Of a stretch of DNA of 64,000 bases, positions 1 to 12,205 are shown one piece after another. Location: positions 152,026,001 to 152,090,000 of the forward strand of contig CM059431.1 of assembly GCA_030390025.1 (NCBI GenBank), given 5' to 3'. Made by a program: the position numbers and the translations under genes. Under the pieces are notes generated by a model, which searched no databases, was not told the DNA's origin, and saw nothing but the letters and a program-made list of their open reading frames with translations. The stretch's first letter is position 1; each line of letters starts with the position of its first letter. This DNA comes from Squalus acanthias (Eukaryota).

Positions 1-886
1 GATGTTCCCTCCAACATAATTTCCCTCCTCACAGCTGTATTAGTTTATTTAATCAATACAGGGACCACCCCTCTCCCTTTTCACCTCCCTCACTATCCAG
101 TCTGAAAATCCTGTAACCAAGAATGTTGAGCTGCCATACCTGCACCTCTTTTAGCCACGTCTCAGTAATAGCTATAATATCATAGTCCCAAGTATCTACC
201 TGTACCCTCAGCTCATCTGCCTTTTTCGCTATACTCCTTGCATTTAAATATAAACCATTTAGTACAGGCAAACCTCCTTGTTGACTACTTTCTATCCCTT
301 GATTCCTCTGTCCCTCCAATTTACTTTCTATGTTTTTGTTTTCCATTTCCAGTTTTTCTTCCCTCCTTATTGACTCTGTACTTAGATTCCCATCCCCCGG
401 CCAAGCTAGTTTAAACCCTCCCCAACAGCACTAGCATACCCTCCCGTGAGGATATTGGTCCCGTTCCCGTTGAGGTGCAACCCGTCTGGCTTGTAGGGGT
501 CTCACCTTCCCCAGAAAATTTCCAATTCCTCAGGAATCTAAAGCCCTCCGTCCTACAACATCTCTCCAGCCACGCATTCATCTGCGCTATCTTCCTATTT
601 GTGTTCTCACTAGCACGTGGCACTGGTAGGAATCCGGAGATTACTGCCTCTGAGGTCCTGCTTTTTAACCTCTTTCCTAGCTCCCTAAACTCTGCCTGCA
701 GGACCTCATCCCTCTTTCTACCTATGTCGTTGGTACTGATATGGACCACGACCTCTGGCTATTCACCCTCCCCCTCAGAATGTCCTGCAGCCGTTCAGTG
801 ATATCGTTGACACTGGAACCAGGGAGGCAACATACCATCCTGGAGTCACGTCTGCAGCCGCAGAAACGCCTGTCTGCTACCCTAAC
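1..886 (-). mobile_element. CR1 LINE 5' fragment (ORF1 SGNH-esterase-like domain and start of the ORF2 endonuclease)
   Basis: ORF1-like peptide VHISTNDIGRKRDEVL; endonuclease motifs LYLNARSI and IAITETWL. Confidence 0.85.
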
Positions 887-1822
887 TATTGATGTAACTA
901 GCAGGGTAGATAAAGGGGAACCAGTGGATGTAGTATATTTGGATTTGCAAAAGGCATTCGATGAGCTCCCACATAAAAGGTTATTGCACAAGATACGTTC
1001 TCATGGGTTTGTGGTAATATAGTAGCATGGATAGAGGATTGGTTTACTGACAGAAAACAGAGAGTCGGAAAAACGGTTCTTTTTCAGGTCGGCAGGCTAT
1101 AACTAGTGGGTTTACCGCAAGGTTCAGTGCTGGAGCCTCAGCTATTTGCAATCTATGTTATTGACCTAGATGAAGGGACCGAGTGTAATGTATCCACGTT
1201 TACCGACGGTACAAAGCTAGGCAGGACAGTTAGCTGTGAGAAGAACACAACGAGTCTGCAAAGGGATATAGAAAGACTAAGTGAGTGGGCAGTAAGTTGG
1301 TAGAAGGAGGATAATGTAGGGAAATGTGATGTTATTCACTTATGTAGGAAGAATAGAAAAGCATAATATTTTTTAAATGGTGAGAATCTTTTAAATGTTG
1401 GTGTTCAGAGAGATTTGGTTGTTCTCGTGCTGGAAACACAGAAAGCTAGCATGCAGGTACAGCAAGCAATAAGGAAGGCTAATGGCGTGTTGGTCTTTAT
1501 TGCAAGGGGTTTGGAGTAAAGAGTTAGGAAGTCTTGCTACAATTGTAAAGGCCTTGGTGAGACCACACCTGGAGTACAGGGCTCAGTTTCATTCTCCTTA
1601 TCTAAGGAAGGATATACTTGCCTTGGAGGCGGTGAAACAAAAGGTTCACTAGATTGATTCCTGGAATGAGAGGGCTGTCCTATGATGATAGATTGTGCAG
1701 AATGGGCCTATACTCTCTGCAGTTTAGAAGAATGAGAGGTGATCTCATTGAAACACACAAGATTGAGAAGGGGATTGACAGGCGGGTAGATGTTCCCCTG
1801 AGTGGAGAGTCTGAAACTAGAG
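887..1822 (+). mobile_element. CR1 LINE reverse-transcriptase 3' fragment, degraded
   Basis: VDVVYLDLQKAFD, GLPQGSVL, RRMRGDLIE. Confidence 0.85.
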
Positions 1823-1829
1823 GAGCTTG

Positions 1830-1901
1830 TCCCGGATGGCACAGTCGGTAAAGAGACCGATTTTAATCTGAGGGTCCAGGGTTCAAGTCCCTGTTCAGGC
1901 G
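1830..1901 (+). pseudogene. tRNA-Lys(UUU) pseudogene
   Basis: CCCGGATGGCACAGTCGGTA...TTTTAATCTGAGGGTCCAGGGTTCAAGTCCCTGTTCAGGCG closely resembles vertebrate tRNA-Lys(UUU). D-arm and anticodon stem are disrupted. Confidence 0.8.
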
Positions 1902-2302
1902 CTGCGTTTAACAGTGAAGAAAATGCCTAAGTTTACACTTGAAAGCAATGACCTCAGAAAATACCCCATCAAAACAATCATGCGTTTATTTGCAACGGAT
2001 TAACATAGATTAAGTAAATACTGGAAAATGTAATATATTTCAAAATTTAGGTGTTGTAACAAATAAGCAACAAATATTAAGAAGTTTTATTGAGACAACA
2101 GGGAAGAGCAGCTTGAAATGCTCGTGTTTCATGTGGCTGCATGAACATAGAAATTGACCATCTCGAAACTACAGCTTAATGTATCTTGAAGCACCGCCAC
2201 TATGACAAATCTTTCAAATACGTTTATTGGGATCAGAATGGACGGTTTTTGCTTCAGGGGGTTGCCTGAATGTTGGAATTGAGGATTTTGATTGTAAAGC
2301 AG

Positions 2303-2375
2303 CGTTTGGAGAGGAACTTGAACCCTGAAACCTCAGATTAATAGTCCAATGTTTCACCGACTGAGCTATCTGGGT
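2303..2375 (-). pseudogene. tRNA-Lys(UUU) pseudogene, convergent with 1830-1901
   Basis: Reverse complement reads ACCCAGATAGCTCAGTCGGTG...GACTATTAATCTGAGG...GGTTCAAGTTCCT. Anticodon and acceptor stem are mutated. Confidence 0.7.
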
Positions 2376-2589
2376 TCGCACTTTTTTTTATAAGCAAGCG
2401 ACTTTCAGTGTGTTTCAACCAGCGTGCAGGGAGATGAGCACCATCATGTAGGAGTCGAATAGAGGAGTAAGGTGCATAAAAGATTGAGTGTGTTGGAGAA
2501 GAATTTCTACGGGAGGCGGAAGTACTACCATATTATATTGTAGCAGACTAAGAAATACTACAAAAAATTCCAAAATGATTTTAGAATGC

Positions 2590-4420
2590 ATTTACGTAAA
2601 CGCAGAAGGTGTGATGAATAAGGTTGGTGACCAATAAGCAGAATTAGTCGTGTGGCAATACGATGTTGTGTCAATAATGGAAACGTGGCTTAACAACGGC
2701 GAGGACAGGCCACTTAACATTCAAGGGTGCACAGTGTTCAGAAAGATAGGGAAGGAAAAAAGGAAGGTGGGGTGGCCGTGCTGATTAAGGAAGACTTTGT
2801 CGTGGTGGAAAGGGAGGATGTTCTTGAGGCGACAAGGACAGAATCCATTTGCTTAGAGTTGAGGAGCAACAAGGGTATGATCACGCTATTGGGGGTATTC
2901 TACAGGCCTCCAAATAGTGAAAGGGAGCTAGAGGAGCAAATCTGCAGGCAAATCGCAGAGATATGCAAGAGCTGTAGAGTGATCATATTGTGCGACTTTA
3001 ATTACACACATATCGATTGGGTTAATGCTAGGTTAAAGGGAAAGCTGGGGGAGGAATTTCTGAAATGTGTTCAGGAGATTTTCCTTGACCAGTATGTGTT
3101 TGGCCCAACTAGGGAGGAGGCATTGCTGGATGTGGTGCTGGGGAATGAGGTGGGCCAGGTCGACCAAGTGTCTGTGGGAGAACACTTGGGTCCGAGTGAT
3201 TATCATATCATAAGAATTAAATTAGCAATGGAATGGAGCAAGCAACAATTTAGAGTGGAACTTCTCAATTGGATTAGGGCTAACTTCAATGGGATGCGAA
3301 ATTTTCTAACCAGGGTAAGACTAAAAGGAAAAACTATAATGGAACAATGCGTTATCTTTCAGAGCAGATGATCCACGTACAGGCTAGGTACATTCCAACA
3401 AGAGGGAAGGGTAAGGGAAACAAAGCAAGAGCTCCTTGGATGACGAGGGAGATAGAGATGATGAAACAAAAAAAAGAGGTTTTATGATGCAGGTCAGGTG
3501 GATTCTTCAAGGAGGAACGAGACCAAATACAATAAGTTGAGAGGGCAAGTGAAGATGAAAATAAGATTGGCAAAGAGAAAATGTGAGAATAGAATGGCGG
3601 TTAACATTAGAGGGAGCCCAAAAATCTTCTTCTGACATGTAAAGAATAAGCGGGTAGGAAGATGGGGGGGTGTGGCGTATTTGAGACAAAGAAGGCGATA
3701 TATGCTTAGTGGCGCAGGACAAGGCTAGAATACTCAATGAGTACTTTGTATCGCTGTTTACTAAAGAGGTGCATGCTGACACAATATCGGTAGAAGTGGA
3801 AAAGTTGTAAGCAATGGAAGGGGTGCGAATGATCAACATGATGTACTAGAAAGGCAGGGTATACATAGAGTGGAAAAGTCACCTGATACAGATGGCTTGC
3901 ATCCCAGGTTTCCAAGAGAATTGCGGTAGGAGATAGCGGGAGGGCTTGCCTTAATTTTCCAGTCTTCCCTAGATGCGGAGGAGGTCCCTGAGGATTGGTA
4001 AGTGGCAAATCTGACATCATTGTTCAGGAAAGGGTGTAAGGACAGTCATAGTAACTACAGGCCGGTCAGTTTAACATCAGTGGTGGGTAAAGTTTGAGAA
4101 ACAATAATCAAGGAAAAAATTAACAGGCACTTGGAGAGGTTTAATCTAATTAAGGAGAGGCAACAGGGATTTGTAAAAGGCACATACTGTTTGACTAATC
4201 CAATTGAATTTTTTGATGAAGTAACAGAGAGGATTGATGAAGGAAATGCATTGGATGTTGTCTACATAGATTTTCGGAAGGCGTTTGACAAAGTACCATA
4301 ATGGTTCCGGTAATAGGGGATCTTATCTACAAGCAGAGGATGGAGAAGCTGGATTTGTTTGCATTGGAGCAAAGGAGGTCGAGGGGTGATTTGATAGAGG
4401 TGTTCACGATTATAACGGGT
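2590..4420 (+). mobile_element. CR1 LINE ORF2 fragment (endonuclease to RT), degraded
   Basis: GGVAVLIK, GVFYRPPN, PTREEALLD, NYRPVSLTS; multiple stops. Confidence 0.85.
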
Positions 4421-4680
4421 TTGGAAAGGCTAAAAAACCACTAAGTTCACCCGAGGAAAGCAGCAATCATCAAACACACGGCACAAAATGGAAGAAATAT
4501 TTCCTGATACCTGTTCATTTTCGCAACAATAATCTGGTTTTCGTCCCAACTGAAAGAAGGCCATTCTAAAACGGAACTCGATCTGAAATTAAGCTCTAGT
4601 TAGGATAGGAAGCTCTGATTTGATCTTCATATTTTGTTATACAATTTCCGAATCAATGTCCAGGGAGATTTCACTAATCT

Positions 4681-6499
4681 CTAAAGCTCTTCCCTGAATC
4701 TGGTTTGTGTCGCTGCATAAATGCACGTGTTTGTACAGGAGCTCAAATACATGAGCATAAATCCGGTTACAGAGGCGATGTATGCAGGAGATGTGTAATC
4801 GATTCGGTCATAAATGACCAGGGAGTCAATTAAAAAACTAACACTAGCTGTCATCCACATCAATAAAATACTGCCCGATACACTAAACAGTAAAATGATG
4901 GATTTCCTCCGGTTCGCCATCTCTGGATCGCTCTGATTCTCACTGCAGTGACCCCGGAGTCTCCTGCGGGCTCTGCTGGCAGCTGGAATCCGGCTGACTG
5001 TCAAACAATTGAACAGTAATATCAAAGCAAAAGGCAGCCATGGAGTTAAAAGAGTTTCTATCCAGATGAATGCTGTACCTGCAGGCGAGGTAAAAAAGCT
5101 CAATTTCAAGCGGCAACCCCAGTGAATATTGTTAATTATTCGTTCAGTTTCATATGCAAACGAATAGGGGATATTGTCTAAACAGAGCAGAACTGAGATC
5201 GTTGTTATGACGGCGGCCGCAGTTCTCACTGTGCAATATTTCGTTTTAAACTTCTCACAACTTATCGCGACATAGCGGTCAAATGTGAAGGAGATAGTAA
5301 ACCACACGGACATATCGAGGACAGCAGCATTCAAGTATATAAGCAACCTACAGACGGCAGTGTAACTGAGGAATGAATGTGGAAAGTGATATGTAAAAAC
5401 GCGGTACAGCAGCACATTGATGATCATGACCAGTAGATCTGCTGTTGCCATGGCCACCATGCAGACCGAGATACATTTGGAAAGATCGCATTTTCCTCTG
5501 GAGAGAATCACGATTGTCAGTAGGTTCGCTGTAAGAAAGAGGGACAAGCGGTCAGTAACGGGCACACTCGGATAAATCTCACACCATATTGTGGGGAAAT
5601 GTGCAGATCAGTCCCTGTGCAGACGGATTTTTAATTATATAGGCGAGCGTTAACAAAGAGATTTTTAAAATAAAACAATGAACACTCAATATAGAGGGAC
5701 TGAAAATCGCCGTCATTCCTTGCAGACTTCAGACAGACATCGCCAAATATTAAATATAATTTCACAGCAATTAATGTAAAGATATGAATTCAAACGAAAC
5801 ATTCAGTTGCGAGAACATCATTGAATTTAATTCGAAATTCTGCGCTTTTTTTATCTACAATCGCCCTGTGGTGGGGTGGGGGGACGGCGGTGGGGGTGTG
5901 AGGGGGGGGGCGGTGTCGGGGAGGGTGGTGGTGGTGGCGGGGGGGGGGGTGTTGCAAGGTAACAGAGCGGGAGCTGGTGGAGACGCGAATGTTCTTTGCA
6001 GCCGAGGGGAGTGGAGCAGCTCCTGAGCGGTAATTATTGCTGAAAGTATCTTTCAAAGTCCCCTGTTGGATGGAGGTGGCTGCAGTTCGAGAAATTATCA
6101 ACGTAAAATAAACAGGGTACAAGTGTACAACTGATGTGATTACTATCCACAGGAAGCAACACATCCTGTACTGATCTCTATACTGTTGGAGGGGCCGGGG
6201 AATGTCAGCTTCGCCCTCCCTCAGTACAGGGAGGAAAGGCGAGCGCCCGGCACCCACGAGCTACCGACCAGACTCACCAGCCGAGTGGACTATTTCGATT
6301 CCCACTGACATTCAACAACTTATCCCAATGGATAAGTGACTCTGCAATGAGGACATTCTGGGAATCATTACATAATCATTAACACTGAGAGAGTCTACAG
6401 CCATTAGACAACATGATTCACTGACTTACCGGGAATGCCAAAGGCTGCGAGAGCAGGATAGTAAATGATGCTGACCATTTGAACTGTTGGCAGTAACAT
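4681..6499 (-). CDS. GPR139-like class A GPCR, copy 1; exons 6430-6499 and 4681-5528; 305 aa, C-terminally truncated by a premature TAG (possible pseudogene)
   Basis: Exon 1 reads MLLPTVQMVSIIYYPALAAFGIP, then a G|gtaagt donor. Acceptor tctttcttacag|CG gives an in-frame A-NLLTI. 7TM motifs: ATADLL, FDRYVAI, SCTNTCIY. The TAG at 4681-4683 lies 18 codons before the TGA at 4627-4629 that matches the stop of copy 2. Confidence 0.85.
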
Positions 6500-6576
6500 T
6501 TTTTAATAAGGATATGTGACTTCTGTCCGGCAGTATGGTTAGCGTCAGAGTTTACATGCGATCCATAAACACTCTC

Positions 6577-6584
6577 CTTTTATA
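6577..6584 (-). promoter_or_regulatory. Putative TATA box (TATAAAAG) of GPCR copy 1
   Basis: Lies ~80 bp upstream of the ATG at 6499. The paralogous site at ~42797-42804 reads TATTAAAG. Confidence 0.5.
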
Positions 6585-9095
6585 GAAAACTCGGTGCCCC
6601 GTTGAGAATATTAGTCACACGACAATTGGTGTTAGTTACAGTCACTTAACCAACAAGGCAAGATTTTCCGCTTCAGTGTGCCTGGGACACCAAATTGAAT
6701 ATTTTACAAATCAGTTCATGAAACTCCATCAATTCAAATAAATGAACGGGAACTCATAGCAGATGGAATGTACTGGGCACAAGCACCGTGATCACCGAAG
6801 GGAACTGCCCACACAGGCACTGCGTTCGGTTACTGCTCCCTCGTAATAATTCGTGAAATCTTAACTCATCCATTAGACAGTTAAATTTAGCTTTGCACCA
6901 TGATGAAAAATGTAGTTGACCCAACTCTAACCTTACTGGTGGTGACGCAACTGTAACCTTACTGGTGTTGACCCTACTCTAAACTTAGTGCTGGTGACTC
7001 TACTCTAACCTTACTGGTGGTGACCCTACTTTAACATTACTGCTGATGACGCTACTCTGAACTTAGTGGTGGTGACTCTACTCTAACCTTACTGGTGGTG
7101 ACCCTACTTTAACATTACTGCTGGTGGCTCTACTCTAACATTACTGGTGATGACGCTACTCTAACCTTACTGGTGGTGACTCGACTCTAAATTACTGGTG
7201 GTGACTCTGCTTTTACGTTACTGGTGATGACGCTACTCTATCATTACTGGTGGTAATTCCACTCTATCCTTACTGGTGGTGAATCTACTCTAACATTTCT
7301 GATGGTGAGCCTAGTTTAACATTACTGTTGATCACTCTACTCTTACAGTATTGCTGATGACACTATTGTGGCCTTACTGGTGGTGATCATAAATTAACAT
7401 TACTGTGGCTGACTCTACTCTGGCATTACTGGTGGTGATCATAAACTAACATTACTGGTGGCGACGCTACTCCAGCATTACTAGTGATGAACCTTCATTA
7501 ACATTACTGGTGGCGCTTCTACTCTAACGTTACTGGTCGTGGCTCATCCCTAACATTACTGGTGGTGATTCTACTCTAGCATTACTGGTATTGACCAAAG
7601 TCTAACATTAATGCTGGTGACTCTACTCTAATATTACTAGTGGTGACCCTACTCTGACATTTCTGTTGGTGTCCCTACTCTAACATTACTGATGATGACC
7701 CTGCTCAAACATTATTGGTGATGACACTACTCTGACATTACAGGTGCTGACCGTTCTCTAACAATACTGGTGGTGATCATAATCTAACAGTACTGGTGGT
7801 GACACTCCTCTAACATTACTGGTGTTGAATCTACCCTAACAATACTGGTGGTGCTTCTACTCTATGATTACTGTTGAGGGGCCTACTTAACATCACTGCT
7901 GGTGACACCACTCTAACATTACTGATGAGGACTCTATACTAGCATTACCGGTGTTGACCCGACCCTAACATTACTGGTGATAACCCTACTCTAACTTTAA
8001 TGGTGGAGACCATATTCTAATATTACTGGTTGTGACTCTGCTCTGGTGTTGAGTCTAGTCCAACGTAACTGGTGGAGACAATACGCTAACCTTACTGGCG
8101 ATGACACTACTCTAACGCTACTGGTGGTGACCCTACTTTAACATGACTGGTGGTGCTTCTACTCTAACATTACTGATGGTGACTCTACTCTAACACTACT
8201 GGTGGTGACCCTACTTTAACATGACTGGTGGTGCTTCTACTCTAACGTTACTGGTGGTGACCCAACTCTAACATTACTGTTGATCTCCCTACTCTAACAT
8301 TACTGATGATGACCCGACTCAAACGTTATTGTTGATAACTCTACTCTAACAATACTGGTGGTGCTTCTATTCTAACGTTGCTAGAGGTTACCCTACTCTA
8401 ACTTTACTAGTGGTGACTATAATAGAACATTACTGGTGGTGAACCTACTTTTACAATACTTGTGGTGTTCATAATCTAACATTACTGGTGGTGACTCTAC
8501 ACTAACATTACTGGTGTTGAATATACCCTAACAATACTGGTGGTGCTTCTACTCTAAAATTACTGTAGAGGACCCTACTTAACATCACTTCTGGTGACTC
8601 CACTCTAACATTACTGGTGAGGACTCTATACTATCATTGCCGGTGGTGACAAGATTCTAACATTTCTGGTGATGACCCTAATCTAACTTTAATGGTGGAG
8701 ACCATATTCTAAAATTACTGGTTGTGACACAGCTCTGTGATGAGTCTAGTCCAACTTAACTGGTGGAGACAATACGCTAACCTAAATGGCGATGACACGA
8801 CTCTAGCCTTATTAGTGGTGACGCTACTTTAACATGACTGGTGATGCTTCTACTCTAACATTACTGGTGGTGACACTACTCTAACATTACTGATGGTGAC
8901 TCTATTCCAACATTACTGGTGGTGACTCTACGATAACATTATTGATGTTGACTCTGCGCTAACATTACGGGTGGTGACTCTACTCTAACATTACTGGGGG
9001 AACACAAATCTAACATTACAGATGGTGACTCTACTCTAACTTCACTGTTGATGACCCTAAACTAAAATTACTGGTGGTGAATTTATGCTGACATT

Positions 9096-10872
9096 TTTTA
9101 AATATTCCTTCATGGGATATGGGCGTCACTGGCGAGGTCCGCATTTATTGCCCATCACTATTTGCCGTTGAGAAGGTGTTGAAACGCTTACTTGAACCGC
9201 TGCAGTCCGTGTGGTGAAGGTACTCCCACAGTGCTCTTTGGGAGGCAGTTCCAGGATTTGGACCCAGTGATGATGAAGGAACGGCGATATATTCCAAATT
9301 CAGAATGTTGTGTGACCTGAAGGGGAACCTGGAGGTGATGGTGTGCCCATGCGTCAGCTGCTCTTGTCCTTCTAGTTCGTAGAGTTCATGGGATTTGGGG
9401 GGGTTGCTGCCGAAGAAGCCTTGGCGAGTTGCTGCAGTGTATCTTGTAGATGGTACACGCTACAGCCACGGTACTCCGATGATGGAGGGAATGAATTACG
9501 GTGTTGGAAGGGACGCCAATTAAGCGGGCTACATTGACTTGTATGGTGTCGAGCTTCTTTAGTCTTATTAAAGCTGCACTCATCCAGACAAGTGGAGAGT
9601 ATTCCATAACACTCCTGCTTGTGCCTTGTAGATTGTAGAAATGCTTTGGGGGGTCATGTGGTCATGCACTCGACGTAGAATACCCAGCCTCTGACAGGCT
9701 CTTGTTGCAGCAGTATTTATGTAGTTGGTCCAGTTAGGTTTCTGGTCATTGGTGACCCTTAGGATATTGATGGTGGGTAATTCGGCAATGGTAATGTCGT
9801 TGAACGCCAAGGGACGGTTTATTAGATGCTCGCTTGTTCGAAATGGTCATAGCCTGGCAATTGTGTGGCGCGAATGTTACCTGCCACTTATCAGCCCAAG
9901 CTTAAATGCCGAAAAGATCTTGCTGCATGCGGGCATGGACTGCTTCATTTTCTTAGGAGTTGCGAATGGCACTGAACACTCTTCAGTCATCAGCGAACAT
10001 CCGCACTTCTGAACTTATGATAGAGGGCAGGTCATTGATGAAGCAGCTGAAGATGGCTGGACCAAGACCCTTCCCTGAGGATCTCCTGCAGCGATGTCCT
10101 GGGGCGGTGATGATTGACCCCAATCACCACAACCATCTCCCTTTGTGCTAGGTATGACTCCAGCCAGTGGAGAGATTCCCCCCTCCCGATTCCCATTGAC
10201 TTCAGTATTACTATGGCTCCTTGATGCCACATTCGGCCAAATGCTGCCTTGATGTCAAGGGCAGTCACTCTCACATCACCTCTGGCATTCAGCTCCTTTG
10301 TCGATGTTTGGACCAAGGCTGAAATGACGTCTAGAGCCGTGTGGTCCTGGAAGAACCCAAACTGAGCATCAGTGAGCAGGTTATTGGCGACTAAGTGTTG
10401 CTTGATAGCTCTTTCGATGACATATTCTATCACTTTGCTGATGATTGAGAGTTTACTGATGAGGACGTAATTGGCTGGATTGTATTTGTCCTGCTTTCTG
10501 TGGACAGGACATACCTGGGCAGTTTTAAAAATTGTCGGATAGACGCCAGTGTTATAGTAACAGCTTGGCGAGTGGAGCGGCTAGTTCTAAAGCACAAGTC
10601 TTCAGAACAACCGTCGGCATGTTGTCGGGGCCCACAGCCTTGGCTGTATCTTGTGCGCTCAGCCGTTTCTTGATATCAATTGGATTGAATCGAATTAGCT
10701 GAAGCCTGGCTTCTGTGATGGTGGGGACCTCAGGACGAGGCTGATATGTATCATCCACTCTGCACTTCTGGCTGAAGATGGATGCACACGCTTCAGCTTT
10801 GTCTTTTGCACTCATGTGCTTTGCTCCAACAGCATTATGGATGGGGATATTGAAGGCGCCTCTTCCTCCCGT
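9096..10872 (-). mobile_element. 5'-truncated LINE of the CR1/L2 group (a different family from the other CR1 copies) inside the minisatellite
   Basis: RT peptides KAVGPDN, QFGF, ALDIKAAF and EYSPLVWMSAA. T-rich 3' tail at ~9095. Confidence 0.85.
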
Positions 10873-11987
10873 TATATTGCTGGTTTTGACTCTACTCTAA
10901 AATTTCCGGTGGTGACCCTACTCTACGATTACGCGTAGTGTTCTTCCTCCATCATTACTGGTGCAGAACATAATCTAGCATTTATTGTGATAACTTTAGT
11001 CTAACATCACTGGTGATGATTCTGCTCTAACATTACAGGTGAAGACCCGACTCCAACATTCCTGGAGGTGACGCTACTATTCCATTACTGGTGGAGATTA
11101 TAATACTGGAGGACACCATATCCTAATATTACTGGTGGTGACCCTAATGTAACATTAATGCTGATGACCCTACCCTAAATTTACTTTTGGTGAATCCAAT
11201 GTAACATTACTGGTGGCGAATCTATTCTAAAATTATTCATTAGGACTTTACACTAACATTAGTTGTTGTGACCCTCCTCTACCAATACTGGTTTTTGTTC
11301 ATTATATACCGTTACTGGTATTGACTCTACTCTAACATGACTGATTGTGATCATAAACTAACATTACTGGCGGTGACACTTACCTAATATTACTGGTGGT
11401 GAACCTAATCTAACATTACTGGTGGTGACCCTACTCTAACCTTACTGGTTGTGACTCTGCTCTAACATTACCGGTGGTGACACTACTCTAACATTACTGG
11501 TGGTGCACCTGAGTCTAACATTATTGATGATAGCACGACTCTAACATTACTAATGCTGACATTAATCTGACATTACTGGGACTGACTGAATTCTAACATT
11601 ACTGGTGGTGAATCTACCCTAACATTACTGGCGGTAACTTACTCTAACATTATTGGTGGTGACGCTACTCTAACATTACTTGTGGTGACTCTACTGCAAC
11701 ATTTCTGGTGGTGAACCTACTCTAACTATACTGGTGGTGGTCCTACGCTAATATTACTGGTGGTGGCCCTACTCTAACATTATTGGGATAACGCTTCACG
11801 AACATTACTGGTGAGGAGCCTGCACTAACGTTACTGCTGTTGACTGTATTCTAACATTACTGCTGGTGACCCGTCTCGATCAATAATGGTCGTGCTCATA
11901 CGATTCCATAACTCTACTACAACATTTCTGTTGAATATTCTAGTCTAACATTACTTTTGGTGAATCTACTCTATCATTACTGGTAGT

Positions 11988-12205
11988 CATGATTTGGAGA
12001 TGCCGGTGTTGGACTGGGGTGGACAAATGTGAGTAGTCGCACAACACCAGGTTATAGTCCAACAGTATTAAGTGAAATCACAAGCTTACGGAGCGCTGCT
12101 CGTTCGTCAGGTGAAATCTTCACCTGACGAAGGAGCAGCGCTCCGAAAGCTTGTGATTTCAAATAAAGCTGTTGGACTATAACCTGGTTTTGTGCGACCC
12201 TCTCA
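11988..12205 (-). mobile_element. Penelope-derived short hairpin insertion with 13-bp TSD
   Basis: Matches the terminal repeat of the Penelope at 61275-61698. Arms are ~90-bp inverted repeats. TSD CATTACTGGTAGT at 11975-11987 and 12206-12218. Confidence 0.85.
12120..12156 (+). ncRNA. Minimal type I hammerhead ribozyme motif (Penelope type)
   Basis: TCAC-CTGACGA-A-GGAGC(agc)GCTCC-GAAA-GCTT-GTGA: CUGANGA and GAAA cores, stem I, stem II and a palindromic AAGCTT stem III. Confidence 0.8.

Noticed and set aside
1830..1901. Functional tRNA-Lys
   Set aside because: Substitutions and an indel break the D and anticodon stems.
5529..5565. ORF-track N-termini of the GPCRs (MPVTDRLSLFLT / MYPSVPVTD...)
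   Set aside because: These read through the intron's polypyrimidine tract; the supported start is in the upstream exon.
5790..6257. 155-aa Pro/His-rich ORF
   Set aside because: Intronic, driven by a low-complexity G tract, and interrupted by a SINE in the paralog.
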